Below, in pieces: positions 34,918 through 44,610 of a stretch of 64,000 bases of DNA (within the stretch, counting starts at the first letter, position 1; each line of letters opens with the position of its first letter). The position numbers were made by a program, and so were the translations under genes. The notes beneath the pieces were generated by a model. The model did not search any database, was not told the origin of the DNA, and saw only the letters and a program-made list of their open reading frames with translations. The stretch covers positions 9,744-73,743 of the forward strand of contig JAXGRA010000012.1 of assembly GCA_040766135.1 (NCBI GenBank), given 5' to 3'. Source of the stretch: Christensenellales bacterium (GTDB taxonomy: Bacteria > Bacillota > Clostridia > Christensenellales > Aristaeellaceae).

Positions 34918-35636
34918 TGAAAGGATTTCCCATGCCCACGGCGCTGGAAGGCGCGCACCTGTATGAGCAGGTGGCCGACCGCTTAGAACAGCAGATTTTG
35001 AGCCACCCGGACACAGTGGGCACCAAGCTGCCCTCCGAGCAGGAGTTGGCCCACGGTTTTTCGGTCAGCCGCCCGGTGGTACGCGAGGCGCTCAAGCTGC
35101 TCAAGGAGCGGCAATTGGTCACTGTGCGCAACGGCGAGGGCGTCTTTGTGGAAAAGCCCGGCGCCCAATCGCTGGCCAAGATGCTCTCCCGCGTGATGAC
35201 GATGGAGCGCGTTGACCCCCGGCAGGTGTACGAGCTGCGCCTGATCTTGGAGCCTGCGGCCTGCCAGATGGCGGCCGAGCGCGTCACGCAGGAGGATTTG
35301 GACGGCCTGCGCGCGCTGCTGGAGGACACGCAGCGGGACAAGGCCGACCATGCCGCGCGCGTGGAAAACGACTTTGCCTTCCATCTGGCCATCGCCAACC
35401 TGTCGGGCAACCGGCTGATTGCCTACATCCTGACCGCCATCAAGGATTTGTTCTGCGCGTTGATTGAGCCTGCAATACTGTCCCCCCAGGGCAGCGCACG
35501 GGGCATTCAATTCCACGGGCGCATCATTGAAGCGCTGGCCAGCGGCGACGGCGAAGCCGCGCGCGAAACCATGCGCACACACCTGACCGCCTGCAAAGGC
35601 GATTACAAACTGTCACCCAAGAAAACCAAAATATAA
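34917..35636 (+). CDS. GntR/FadR-family transcriptional regulator
   Basis: TGATG overlap with kdgF. LYEQVADRLEQQILSH...KLPSEQELAHGFSVSRPVVREALKLLKERQLV plus an FCD-type C-terminal domain. Confidence 0.85.
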   Translation: MKGFPMPTALEGAHLYEQVADRLEQQILSHPDTVGTKLPSEQELAHGFSVSRPVVREALKLLKERQLVTVRNGEGVFVEKPGAQSLAKMLSRVMTMERVDPRQVYELRLILEPAACQMAAERVTQEDLDGLRALLEDTQRDKADHAARVENDFAFHLAIANLSGNRLIAYILTAIKDLFCALIEPAILSPQGSARGIQFHGRIIEALASGDGEAARETMRTHLTACKGDYKLSPKKTKI

Positions 35637-35647
35637 GGAGGAACATC

Positions 35648-36490
35648 ATGGACATTCGCTATTCCTGCCACCCGAACGATTTCAAGCGCTACACCACCGA
35701 GGAAACCCGCAAGGAATTCCTGATTGAAACGCTGTTTACCCCGGATACGCTGCACTGCGTATACAGCCATGTGGACCGCATGGTGACGCTGGGCGCTATG
35801 CCTGTCAAGGGCAAGGTGTCCATCGACCAGGGCATTGACGTATGGGCCAACTTTGGCACCGATTACTTCCTGGAGCGTCGCGAAGTGGGCATCTTCAACG
35901 TGGGCGGCCCCGGCACCATCACGGTGGACGGCACCGAATATCCTCTGGATTTCAAGGATTGCCTGTACATCACCCGCGGCGCCAAGGACGTGCAGTTTGC
36001 AAGCCTTCACGCCGACAACCCGGCCAAGTACTACATGGTATCCGCACCTGCGCACCGCAGCTACGAGACCAAGCTGCTCAAGATCGAAGACGCCGCCAAG
36101 AAGCCGATGGGCAGCCTGGAAACCAGCAACAAGCGCGTCATCAACCAGTTCATCCATCCCGACGTGCTGGAAACCTGCCAGCTGTCCATGGGCATGACGG
36201 TGCTGGAGCCCGGCAGCGTATGGAACACCATGCCCGCCCACACGCATGAGCGCCGCATGGAAGTGTACTTCTACTTTGAGGTGCCCAAGGACAACGTGGT
36301 GTTCCACATGATGGGCCAGCCGCAGGAAACCCGCCATGTCGTGATGCAGAACGAGCAGGCCATCATCGGCCCCAGCTGGTCCATCCACGCCGGCGCCGGC
36401 ACGGGCAGCTACACCTTCATCTGGGCCATGGGCGGCGAAAACCAGGCCTTTGATGACATGGACGTTATCGCCACGACGGACTTGAAATAA
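35648..36490 (+). CDS. kduI: 5-dehydro-4-deoxy-D-glucuronate isomerase
   Basis: AAGGAGG RBS. MDIRYSCHPNDFKRYTTEETRKEFLIETLFTPDTLHCVYSHVDRMVTLGAMP parallels E. coli KduI. 280 aa. Confidence 0.92.
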   Translation: MDIRYSCHPNDFKRYTTEETRKEFLIETLFTPDTLHCVYSHVDRMVTLGAMPVKGKVSIDQGIDVWANFGTDYFLERREVGIFNVGGPGTITVDGTEYPLDFKDCLYITRGAKDVQFASLHADNPAKYYMVSAPAHRSYETKLLKIEDAAKKPMGSLETSNKRVINQFIHPDVLETCQLSMGMTVLEPGSVWNTMPAHTHERRMEVYFYFEVPKDNVVFHMMGQPQETRHVVMQNEQAIIGPSWSIHAGAGTGSYTFIWAMGGENQAFDDMDVIATTDLK

Positions 36491-36500
36491 GGAGCGGCAC

Positions 36501-37301
36501 ATGTTTGATATGAATGCATTTTCCCTGACCGGCAAGGTAGCGCTGGTCACCGGCGGCAGCTATGGCATCGGGTATGCCATGGCCACCGCCCTGCACAAGG
36601 CAGGGGCCACCATCGTGTTTAACGACCTGAACCAGGAGCTGGTGGACAAAGGCCTGGCCAGCTACAAGCAGGACGGCATCCCCGCCCGCGGCTATGTATG
36701 CGACGTCACCGATGAAAAAGCGGTGCAGGCGCTGGTAGCCCAGATTGAAAAGGACGTAGGCGTCATTGACATTCTGGTCAACAACGCCGGCATCATCAAG
36801 CGCATCCCCATGCACGAGATGAGCGCCGAGGACTTCCGCAAGGTCATTGATGTAGACCTGAACGGCCCGTTCATCTGCGCCAAGGCCGTCATCCCCGCGA
36901 TGATCAAAAAGGGCGCAGGCAAGATCATCAACGTATGCTCCATGATGAGCGAGCTGGGCCGTGAGACGGTGTCGGCGTATGCAGCGGCCAAGGGCGGCCT
37001 GAAGATGCTTACGCGCAACATCTGCTCGGAATATGGCGAGCACAACATCCAGTGCAACGGCATCGGCCCGGGCTACATCGAAACGCCACAGACCGCGCCG
37101 CTGCGCGAAAAGCAGGCCGATGGCAGCCGCCATCCGTTTGACCAGTTCATCATCTCCAAGACGCCGGCCGCGCGCTGGGGCACCACTCAGGACCTGATGG
37201 GGCCCACGGTGTTTTTGGCCAGCCGCGCCAGCGACTTTGTCAACGGCCACATCCTGTATGTGGACGGCGGCATCTTAGCCTACATCGGCAAGCAGCCGTA
37301 A
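36501..37301 (+). CDS. kduD: 2-dehydro-3-deoxy-D-gluconate 5-dehydrogenase / gluconate-5-dehydrogenase-type SDR
   Basis: FSLTGKVALVTGGSYGIGYAMA, NNAGI, YAAAKGGLKMLT, TPAARWG...FLASRASDFVNGHILYVDGG. Sits next to kduI. Confidence 0.8.
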   Translation: MFDMNAFSLTGKVALVTGGSYGIGYAMATALHKAGATIVFNDLNQELVDKGLASYKQDGIPARGYVCDVTDEKAVQALVAQIEKDVGVIDILVNNAGIIKRIPMHEMSAEDFRKVIDVDLNGPFICAKAVIPAMIKKGAGKIINVCSMMSELGRETVSAYAAAKGGLKMLTRNICSEYGEHNIQCNGIGPGYIETPQTAPLREKQADGSRHPFDQFIISKTPAARWGTTQDLMGPTVFLASRASDFVNGHILYVDGGILAYIGKQP

Positions 37302-37316
37302 CGGGGAGGGCTTCAC

Positions 37317-38267
37317 ATGTTGGATCAATTGGCACTGGCCGGGCTGATACCGGTCATTAAAGTCAATGATGCCCAGGACGCCGTGCCGCTGTGCAAGGTG
37401 CTGCAGGACGGCGGGCTGCCGGTGGCGGAAATCACATTCCGCACCGCAGCCGCCGAGGAAGCCATCCGGCTGGTGCACGAGCAGGTGCCCGACGTATTGT
37501 TGGGCGCCGGCACCGTGCTCACCCCGGAACAGGCCGACCGCGCCTGGGCCGCGGGCGCGCGATATATCGTATCGCCAGGATTTAACCCGCGCGTGGTCAG
37601 GCACTGCTTAGATAAGGGCTATCCCATTTTGCCCGGCTGTTCGTCGCCCAGCGACATCGAGCAGGCGCTAGAAATGGGCCTGTCCGCCGTTAAAATATTC
37701 CCCGCCGGTGCGCTGGGCGGCATTGCCACCATCAAGGCGCTGGCCGGCCCCTACCCGCAGATGCACTATGTGCCCACCGGCGGCGTGAACGCCAACAACC
37801 TGATGGATTACCTGAACTTTCCCAAGGTACTGGCCTGCGGGGGCAGCTGGATGGTGCCGCAGGATGCGGTGGGCGCAAAGGACTGGGGCAAAATCCAGGC
37901 ATTGGCCGCCCAGGCCGTTGACCTGATGTTAGGCTTCAACATCGTGCACATCGGCATCAACAACCCCGATGCGCAGGCAGCGAAAACGGCGGCCGACCGC
38001 CTGTCGCAGCTGTTCCACTGGCCCATCAAGGAGGGCACCAACTACTTTGTGGGCACCGGGATTGAACTGATGAAAGCGCCAGGCCGCGGTACCCACGGGC
38101 ATGTAGCCATCGGCACCCCCAACGTGGAACGCGCCAAATGGCACCTGGAAAAACGCGGGTTTGTCTTTGACGACAGCACCGCGCGCAGAGGAGCGGACGA
38201 CAAGCTGACGTTTATCTATGTACAGGATGAGATGGCAGGCTTCGCATTTCATCTGATCCAGAAGTAA
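37317..38267 (+). CDS. eda: KDPG/KHG aldolase (Eda) fused to a C-terminal VOC-like domain
   Basis: N-terminal ~205 aa: IPVIKVNDAQDAVPLCKVLQDGGLPVAEITFRT...PGCSSPSDIEQALEMG...VKIFPA...PTGGV (Eda). The C-terminal ~110 aa, FNIVHIGIN...GHVAIGTPNVERAKWHLEKRGF, look glyoxalase/VOC-like. Confidence 0.85.
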   Translation: MLDQLALAGLIPVIKVNDAQDAVPLCKVLQDGGLPVAEITFRTAAAEEAIRLVHEQVPDVLLGAGTVLTPEQADRAWAAGARYIVSPGFNPRVVRHCLDKGYPILPGCSSPSDIEQALEMGLSAVKIFPAGALGGIATIKALAGPYPQMHYVPTGGVNANNLMDYLNFPKVLACGGSWMVPQDAVGAKDWGKIQALAAQAVDLMLGFNIVHIGINNPDAQAAKTAADRLSQLFHWPIKEGTNYFVGTGIELMKAPGRGTHGHVAIGTPNVERAKWHLEKRGFVFDDSTARRGADDKLTFIYVQDEMAGFAFHLIQK

Positions 38268-38279
38268 GGAGGCATACGC

Positions 38280-39314
38280 TTGAAACAAGTAGTCACCTTT
38301 GGCGAGGTCATGCTGCGCCTCAAATCCCCCGGCGTGGAGCGTCTGCTGCAGACGCCCACCTTGGAAGCCACCTTTGGCGGAGGCGAGGCCAACGTGGCCG
38401 TATCGCTGGCCAACTATGGGGTGGACAGCGCGTTTGTCACGCTGCTGCCCGACAATGTGTTGACCGATGCCTGCCTGCGCGAGCTGCGCGGCTTGGGCGT
38501 GGACACGCGCCACGTTCAGCGTGCACCCGGTCGCATGGGCATCTATTTCTTAGAAACCGGCGCCGTGCAGCGCCCCAGCAAGGTGGTGTATGACCGTGAA
38601 GGCAGCGCCATTTCGCAGGCCAAGCCCGGCGACATCCCCTGGGACAAGGTGTTTGAAAACGCCGGATGGTTCCACATCACCGGCATCACGCCGGCCATCT
38701 CCCAAAGCGCCGCCGATGTAGCCATTGAGGCCGTAAAGGCCGCGCAAAAGCACGGCGTTACCGTCAGTTGCGACCTGAACTTCCGCAAAAACCTGTGGAA
38801 ATACGGCAAAACCGCACAGCAGGTGATGCCGGAGCTGGTCAAGCACACCGATGTCATCGTCGCCAACGAGGAGGACTGCCAGAAATCGCTGGGGCTGCAC
38901 GCCGACAGCGTGCACGCCGTGGAAAAGGGTGAGCTGGACGCCGCGCAATATCAGCGCACGGCTAAGTTGTTGATGAACACCTACCCCAATGTATCCAAGG
39001 TAGCCATCACCATGCGCGAAAGCTACTCCGCCGATCACAATGGCTGGAGCGCCTGCCTGACCACGCGCGACGGCTTCTACGTCAGCCGCCGGTATGACAT
39101 CACCGACATCGTAGACCGCGTGGGCGGCGGCGACAGCTTCGCCGGCGGCCTGATCTACGGCCTGAACCACCTGGACGGTCCGCAGCAAGCGCTGGAGTTT
39201 GCCGTGGCGGCCTCGTGCCTGAAGCACACCATCCACGGCGACTACAACCGCGTGACGGTAGCCGAAGTGCAGGCGCTGGCCAAGGGATCGGGTTCCGGGC
39301 GGGTGGAGAGGTAA
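38280..39314 (+). CDS. kdgK: 2-dehydro-3-deoxygluconokinase (PfkB family)
   Basis: AAGGAGG precedes TTG 38280. [15 protein letters not shown]...[15 protein letters not shown]...[17 protein letters not shown] matches KdgK. Confidence 0.9.
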   Translation: MKQVVTFGEVMLRLKSPGVERLLQTPTLEATFGGGEANVAVSLANYGVDSAFVTLLPDNVLTDACLRELRGLGVDTRHVQRAPGRMGIYFLETGAVQRPSKVVYDREGSAISQAKPGDIPWDKVFENAGWFHITGITPAISQSAADVAIEAVKAAQKHGVTVSCDLNFRKNLWKYGKTAQQVMPELVKHTDVIVANEEDCQKSLGLHADSVHAVEKGELDAAQYQRTAKLLMNTYPNVSKVAITMRESYSADHNGWSACLTTRDGFYVSRRYDITDIVDRVGGGDSFAGGLIYGLNHLDGPQQALEFAVAASCLKHTIHGDYNRVTVAEVQALAKGSGSGRVER

Positions 39315-39369
39315 GAGGAACATCGGTTAGCAACCAAGCACATAAACAGGCATTATGCCTGGCAGACTG

Positions 39370-39408
39370 CAAACAAAGTCCCGGCGATGAAAGCTGGGCT
39401 TTGTTTTA
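39370..39408 (+). terminator. rho-independent terminator of the kdg operon
   Basis: AAACAAAGTCCC-loop-GGGCTTTGTTT followed by TATG. U-rich 3' arm. Confidence 0.6.
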
Positions 39409-39415
39409 TGTGCGA

Positions 39416-39444
39416 TTGACATGCCGCAGCATGGGCATTACGAT
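39416..39444 (+). promoter_or_regulatory. sigma-A-type promoter upstream of the methyltransferase leader
   Basis: TTGACA (39416-39421), 17-nt spacer, TACGAT (39439-39444). Confidence 0.55.
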
Positions 39445-39587
39445 AGGTCAAGCTACGGGAAAGGGGTGTTTTACATGAGGCAGATTCAATCAATGGAACA
39501 CATTATCACAGGGAGGATGACCTCAGCCTGATATAGGCTGTTTTGCCATCAGGCGGGTGTGTCCTCTCACACGAAAACGGAGGACAT

Positions 39588-40394
39588 ATGTCATACAACT
39601 GGATAAGTCCCGAAAACTATACCATGGACACCCTGCTGTACTTTGACCGATGGGTGTTGCGCTATCTGTTCAACAACCAGCCAAACGAAAAGGATCACAT
39701 GGCCTATCAGTCTTTGGTGGGCAGGGCTCTGTGGCGCTATCCTTATGTGGCGGATTTCTGCCGCCACAAAGCGCCGGAGTGCGCTTCCTATGTGGATGCA
39801 GCGCTGGCGCTGGTGCCGCACGACCTGGACGACCAGGCCGCCCGTCAGGCGGAAACCGACTTTCTTGGATACCACGAAACCTTTGTCGTCTATGCCTGGC
39901 CAGAGGTGATGGAGCAGGTAAACTACATCGCCGATTGGGATCGCAAATGGCTGGATGAGTTGATTGACCTCACCGGCATGGTGGTGCTGGATGTGGGCGC
40001 GGGCACCGGCCGCCTGGCCTTTGCCGCCGCCCGGGACGCCTTGCGCGTGTACGCCAGCGAACCCTGTGACCGCCTGCGCGAGTATATGCGCGACCAGATT
40101 GTTTACAACATCACAAACATGAAGGTGCTGGACGGCACCGTCACCTGCCTGCCCTATGAGGACGCAACCTTTGACGCCGTGCTGTCAGGCCATGTGGTGG
40201 GAGATGACTATGAGAGTGAGCTGGCCGAGATGCGCCGTGTAACCAAACCCGGCGGCTGGCTGATCATCTGCAACGGCGATGATGAGTTCCAGCGCAAGCG
40301 TCCGGATCCCGAACTGACCCGCCGCGGATTCGAGGCTTTCTGCCACGAAAGCCCCTCCGGCGGCATCATCTACAACTACCGTCTGCGCGTGTAG
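39588..40394 (+). CDS. class I SAM-dependent methyltransferase with an unknown N-terminal domain
   Basis: ACGGAGGAC precedes ATG 39588. VLDVGAGTGRLAFAAA (motif I) and PGGWLIICN. The ~140-aa N-terminal region was not recognised. Confidence 0.75.
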   Translation: MSYNWISPENYTMDTLLYFDRWVLRYLFNNQPNEKDHMAYQSLVGRALWRYPYVADFCRHKAPECASYVDAALALVPHDLDDQAARQAETDFLGYHETFVVYAWPEVMEQVNYIADWDRKWLDELIDLTGMVVLDVGAGTGRLAFAAARDALRVYASEPCDRLREYMRDQIVYNITNMKVLDGTVTCLPYEDATFDAVLSGHVVGDDYESELAEMRRVTKPGGWLIICNGDDEFQRKRPDPELTRRGFEAFCHESPSGGIIYNYRLRV

Positions 40395-40495
40395 CACAGA
40401 AACGTACCGGGGCCGCTTGTTTGAGCGTCCCCGGTGTTTTGTATTCATATAGCGTAGTTATAAAATCAGCAACACGGACAAAAACTTCTGTATGT

Positions 40496-41008
40496 TCATA
40501 CTGTTTCTCTTTGCTCCACAGCCTGACGCACCACGCGCCAGGCCTCTGTCAGCCTGTCCGCATCCCAGGCCGCATTGGCCGGGCTGGTGGACGGCAGCAC
40601 GGTAAACGGAAGCCCCGCCCGTTCGGCCTGCGGCTGGGCATACCGCGCCGCAGTGCGGCCATTCAAAAACACATGCCCGATGCGGCTGTTTTCTATCAAC
40701 GGTGTCAAATCCTGCGGCACCGCCTGCCGGATGGCGGCATCGGCCGAACCGCGAATTTCGCAGGCCTGCAGTGCATCCCACAGCGCAATGTGATGCGCCA
40801 GCAGCCACTGCTTTCGTCCCGCAATATCGTCCGGCACATCCTCCCCCCACACCCTGCCCAGCACCTGCCAGAAACGGTTGCGTGGGTTGCCATAATAAAA
40901 GGCATTCTGGCGGGACAGCACCGAAGGAAAACTGCCCAGCACCAGCACCCGGCAATGCCTGTCCCACACCGGTTCAAAGGGATGTACGTGCGCCGCATGC
41001 TGTGCCAA
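40496..41008 (-). CDS. UDG-superfamily DNA glycosylase (deoxyinosine/hypoxanthine-DNA glycosylase-like)
   Basis: AGGAGG precedes TTG 41008. VLVLGSFPSVLSRQNAFYYGNPRNRFWQVL...HIALWDALQACEIRGSAD...FLNGRTA. Confidence 0.6.
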   Translation of the reverse strand: MAQHAAHVHPFEPVWDRHCRVLVLGSFPSVLSRQNAFYYGNPRNRFWQVLGRVWGEDVPDDIAGRKQWLLAHHIALWDALQACEIRGSADAAIRQAVPQDLTPLIENSRIGHVFLNGRTAARYAQPQAERAGLPFTVLPSTSPANAAWDADRLTEAWRVVRQAVEQRETV

Positions 41009-41137
41009 TGTGTTCCTCCTGTGTTTTTCTATACACCATTATATCAGAATTGCACCAGAACAAGCCAAGGCATACCATGTCAACAACAACACCTCCCCAA
41101 GTACGTGTCTGGGGAGGTGTCGATTATGTTTCAGTGA

Positions 41138-42397
41138 TCAGCGCTTCAACTGTACTTCCTTCTCGTAGCGGCGCACATCGTCCAGCCAGGTCAGGCCCAC
41201 GCCCTTGCCGGTGGTCAGGCACAGATAATCCCACACCGCGTTGCTGGGCAAATCACGGAATTCGTCCATCATGGCCAGGCGACCGGTTTTGTCATCGTTT
41301 TCCTCCGCTTGTTTGAGCAGATGGCTGGGCTCTAAGATGGCGGCCAGCATGGTCTTGCCCAGCGCACGCAGACCGATAATCCACGCCGCCGTGCGGTTGA
41401 TGGTGGCGTCAAAGAAGTCGAGACCAATGCCGATGTTCTTGCCCAGCAGGTCGGCGCGCTTGATTTCCAGCAGCATGTCGCGCAGCGGGTCATCCTGGAT
41501 GAGCACATGGTCGCTGTCCCAGCGCACGCCGCGCGTTAAGTGCAGCAGCACATAATCCAAGAATGGGTACACCGCCGTGATTTTGTCCGCCGCGCTTTCC
41601 TGCGGGTGGTAGTGGCCGGTATCGATGGTAACGCCCACGCCGTTTTTGATGGCATAGGCCAAGTAGTAATCGTGCGAACCCACCACGAACGCCTCGGAGC
41701 CGATGCCAAACACCTTGCCCTCTAACGTGTCGCACATATGCTTGCGGTCATAGGGCTTTTCTAAGATGATATTCAGCGATTCGGTCAGCCGCGCACGCCA
41801 GGCTGCGCGGTCAGCGGGCAGGTCCTTGGTGCCATCGGGCACCCAAGTGTTGTTGACGCACAGCTGCCCCAGTTCGCGCCCCATATCAGCGGCGATTTTA
41901 CGGCCCCCGATGCCGCACTTGATCCAGTAATCGCGCACGGCCTTGTCCGGCGAGGCCAGCGAGCAGCCGTCCTTCATCATGCGGTGGGTAAAGTAGGACA
42001 CGTTGAAGTCCATGCCGTAGCCGTTTGCCTTGCACCAGTCAATCCATGTGCGGAAGTCCTCGGTGTCCAGGTCGCAGCGCTCCTTGGCGTGTTTGGGCTC
42101 TGCATACATGCAGTGCAGGTTGACTTTATGCTTGGCCGGCGAGTATTTAAAGGCCATCTCATAGTCCTGGCGCATCTGATCGCCATTGGTGGCGCGCCCG
42201 GGATAATTGCCCGTCACCACATTTTCGCTGTGGATACCCTCGGAACCCTCAAACCCCCGCACATCGTCGGCCTGCCAGTTGTGCAGCGATACCGGAATGG
42301 TCTGGAAGAACGCCATGGCCTTTTCGGTGTCCACACCCAGCCCGGCGTACACATCCTTCGCGCGCTCATAGCTTGCCAATATAGCTTTGTCTTTCAT
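41138..42397 (-). CDS. rhaA: L-rhamnose isomerase
   Basis: GGGAGGG RBS. 419 aa. IPVSLHNWQADDVRGFE...TGNYPGRA...VNLHCMYAE parallels E. coli RhaA (LPVSMHCWQGDDVSGFE...TGNYPGKA). Confidence 0.9.
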   Translation of the reverse strand: MKDKAILASYERAKDVYAGLGVDTEKAMAFFQTIPVSLHNWQADDVRGFEGSEGIHSENVVTGNYPGRATNGDQMRQDYEMAFKYSPAKHKVNLHCMYAEPKHAKERCDLDTEDFRTWIDWCKANGYGMDFNVSYFTHRMMKDGCSLASPDKAVRDYWIKCGIGGRKIAADMGRELGQLCVNNTWVPDGTKDLPADRAAWRARLTESLNIILEKPYDRKHMCDTLEGKVFGIGSEAFVVGSHDYYLAYAIKNGVGVTIDTGHYHPQESAADKITAVYPFLDYVLLHLTRGVRWDSDHVLIQDDPLRDMLLEIKRADLLGKNIGIGLDFFDATINRTAAWIIGLRALGKTMLAAILEPSHLLKQAEENDDKTGRLAMMDEFRDLPSNAVWDYLCLTTGKGVGLTWLDDVRRYEKEVQLKR

Positions 42398-42531
42398 GAT
42401 AAGCCCTCCCTTGTCACATTTTGCTTGATCACATTACTGGAATTATACCGTGCCAGCCGCGCAATGGCAAGGAACGAGCAGCGTTTAATGGCTGCGGCGT
42501 CTCTAAGGAATGGATATCCTGAAATTAGCAA

Positions 42532-42560
42532 CCGCCATGCCGTTTTAAGCAGCATGGCGG
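42532..42560 (-). terminator. hairpin downstream of the secreted-protein operon
   Basis: CCGCCATGC-loop-GCATGGCGG (9-bp perfect stem). On the minus strand it is followed by TTGCTAATTTC, a weak U tract. Confidence 0.45.
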
Positions 42561-42580
42561 TTGGCGTTTCCGGCATCTCT

Positions 42581-43429
42581 TTATGGGGTTTGCGGACCAA
42601 AATAGTACGGATCCCAGGGGAAATTTTCCCAGACTTCATCGCGCGCAGGGACGCTTTCCATGTCCGTCTTGTACATTGTAAAGGTTACGTCCACACCGGC
42701 CTCTCCCCGATGCTGCCCGGCGTATTTCACATGGATTGCATCCTTACCCACATAGTACAGGACGGCCGTGATGCCTAATTCTACCCGGCCGGCATAGATG
42801 GCGTTTCCAGCATACTGGCTGATTACACCCGGGTCCGCTGTGATGCTGCCTCCCTGGTTTGAGGTAATAATGCGCCCGTCCTTAATGCCGATATAAACGG
42901 GCGGTTTCAGCCCCAATTCCGCCAGCTCAATCTCCATCGACATAGGCGGTTCGGCCAGCGTCACAATCCCTCCGGTCATTTCCCAGACGCCGTCAAAGGC
43001 GCTCCTTGGCGCAAACTGCGCCGGTTCATAGGGCTCCAAAAACACAATATCCGGCACGCCTCGGTCGAATTTGCGCCCGTCTGAGCTTTCCAGCACGCCA
43101 TCTTTGAAGAACATGATATCGAGAACCGTCATCTGTCCATCGCCAAAATCAGCTTTTATTTCGATTTCGATGCCCATGTCCGGGGCCAGGAAATGAGCTT
43201 CCCAGGTCAGGGGAATTTCCTGATGCGGGTTGCGCATGGTGCCGGTGCCGTCCGCGTTGAGCTCAATTTCCCAGGCTTCTCCCTGGTAATCCGTCTGATA
43301 CCATGTCCCGGCAAAACTCTCCTTGGCCGCTTGGGCATCCACGACGCCCTGAGGAGTTTGGGAAGCCAAACCCGTCAGGGGCTGGGTTACAAACAGCAAT
43401 GACAGAAAGAAAATCAACAAACGTTTCAT
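42581..43429 (-). CDS. secreted protein of unknown function (lipocalin-like GTWY repeats)
   Basis: GAGGGGAG precedes ATG 43429. Signal MKRLLIFFLSLLFVTQPLTGLA. No family recognised. Confidence 0.65.
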   Translation of the reverse strand: MKRLLIFFLSLLFVTQPLTGLASQTPQGVVDAQAAKESFAGTWYQTDYQGEAWEIELNADGTGTMRNPHQEIPLTWEAHFLAPDMGIEIEIKADFGDGQMTVLDIMFFKDGVLESSDGRKFDRGVPDIVFLEPYEPAQFAPRSAFDGVWEMTGGIVTLAEPPMSMEIELAELGLKPPVYIGIKDGRIITSNQGGSITADPGVISQYAGNAIYAGRVELGITAVLYYVGKDAIHVKYAGQHRGEAGVDVTFTMYKTDMESVPARDEVWENFPWDPYYFGPQTP

Positions 43430-43456
43430 GCCACTCTCCCCTCTTATTCTTTTCAT

Positions 43457-44577
43457 TTATTCCTCACAGCCCGGGAATTCAACCGCATCCGCGCTCAAGA
43501 AACCAAGGCCTGCGTTTTCGACCCACCTGGGGTTATACAGCATCGCCCATACCGTATCGCCAAACACAAGGAACATGCCGTAATCCATCCTGTCATCAAG
43601 CCCTACCCAGTCCATGATGGGGCCATTGTAGGCCGGGAAAGCATATACCGGCACCTTCGTGCCTTCGTCAATGCCGCAAATCAAGGCATTGGTAAGCCAG
43701 GTGGTGCCTGCAATCAACTGGTCGCTGGGGGGCGGGATTTCGGGCAGCGGCTCCGTACCAATCTCAAAAGGCCAGGTCAGCACACGCCCATCGGGCAGTG
43801 TTTCCTGGGGCAGGAAGCTGCTTCCGCCCGATTGTGCCGACTGCCAGTTGGCGATCATCAGGCAGTTCATCACCCGCGGGTTATCCGGATAATAGTCAAA
43901 GGGCTTGCTCAAATCCCAAATATATGACCGCCCGTCATGGACGATGTTTCCGTTGCCGGCATCGGTGAACAGCACACTCCACCCCAGGAAGACGGATTCC
44001 GCCCGGAAAGGTTTTACAAGCATCTCCCCTTCCAGGCCATTGATGGGCATGGACTGTCCGGTTGGGGCGGTGATGGTGTGGGGCGACAGGGCCAGCCCAT
44101 CGGGCCAGGAGCCGCCCCTCAGGTCATGGCTGACATGCACTGTCCAGACATCAATGACCGGCTTGGCCGCCACACGCCAGCGGGCGGTCATCCGGCAGTT
44201 CATCACCAGGGGGTTGCCGGTATAATAGTCAAAAGGATGGTTTAATCCCAGACCTCGTCCCCACCGTCATAAATCACCTTTCCGTCCGCAGCGCTGGTAA
44301 ACAGCACGCTCCAGCCCCGGAAATCAGCGCCCGCCTTCACGGGGATGATGCTCCGCTCTGGCTCCAACGCAGAGGGAGACATGGATTCCTTTGGTTTTGC
44401 CTCTATGGTGCGGGGATAGATGCTTTTGCCGGCCGGCCACTGCCCGCCGTTCAAATCATGGCTTATATTGACCTTCCAGCGCACATTGGCCCAGGGATCC
44501 CCCGCCAGGGCGCTCCAGGGCAGGACGAGCAGCGCCACCAGCAGCAGCGCAAGCAACCTTGTTGTGTTTTTGTTCAT
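43457..44577 (-). pseudogene. secreted protein with two Listeria-Bacteroides (InlB B-repeat/Flg_new-like) modules, interrupted by a 1-nt frameshift
   Basis: AAGGAGG precedes ATG 44577. Signal MNKNTTRLLALLLVALLVLPWSALA. ORF 44242..44577 ends ...DGGDEVWD*. The next frame continues LNHPFDYYTGNPLVMNCRMTARW into ORF 43457..44206, mirroring the second repeat WDLSKPFDYYPDNPRVMNCLMIANW. Confidence 0.7.
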
Positions 44578-44610
44578 GGTTCCTCCTTCATATTATCGAA
44601 CGTTTCCTTA

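Noticed and set aside
40421-41316. Plus-strand ORFs 40421..41137 and 40702..41316.
   Set aside because: They are antisense to the DNA glycosylase gene and to the end of rhaA, with Arg/Pro/Ala-rich composition and no RBS.
41138-42397. rhaA without rhaB/rhaD/rhaT nearby, considered as evidence of a novel rhamnose route.
   Set aside because: Partner genes may simply lie elsewhere in the genome, and the window gives no positive evidence for an alternative pathway.
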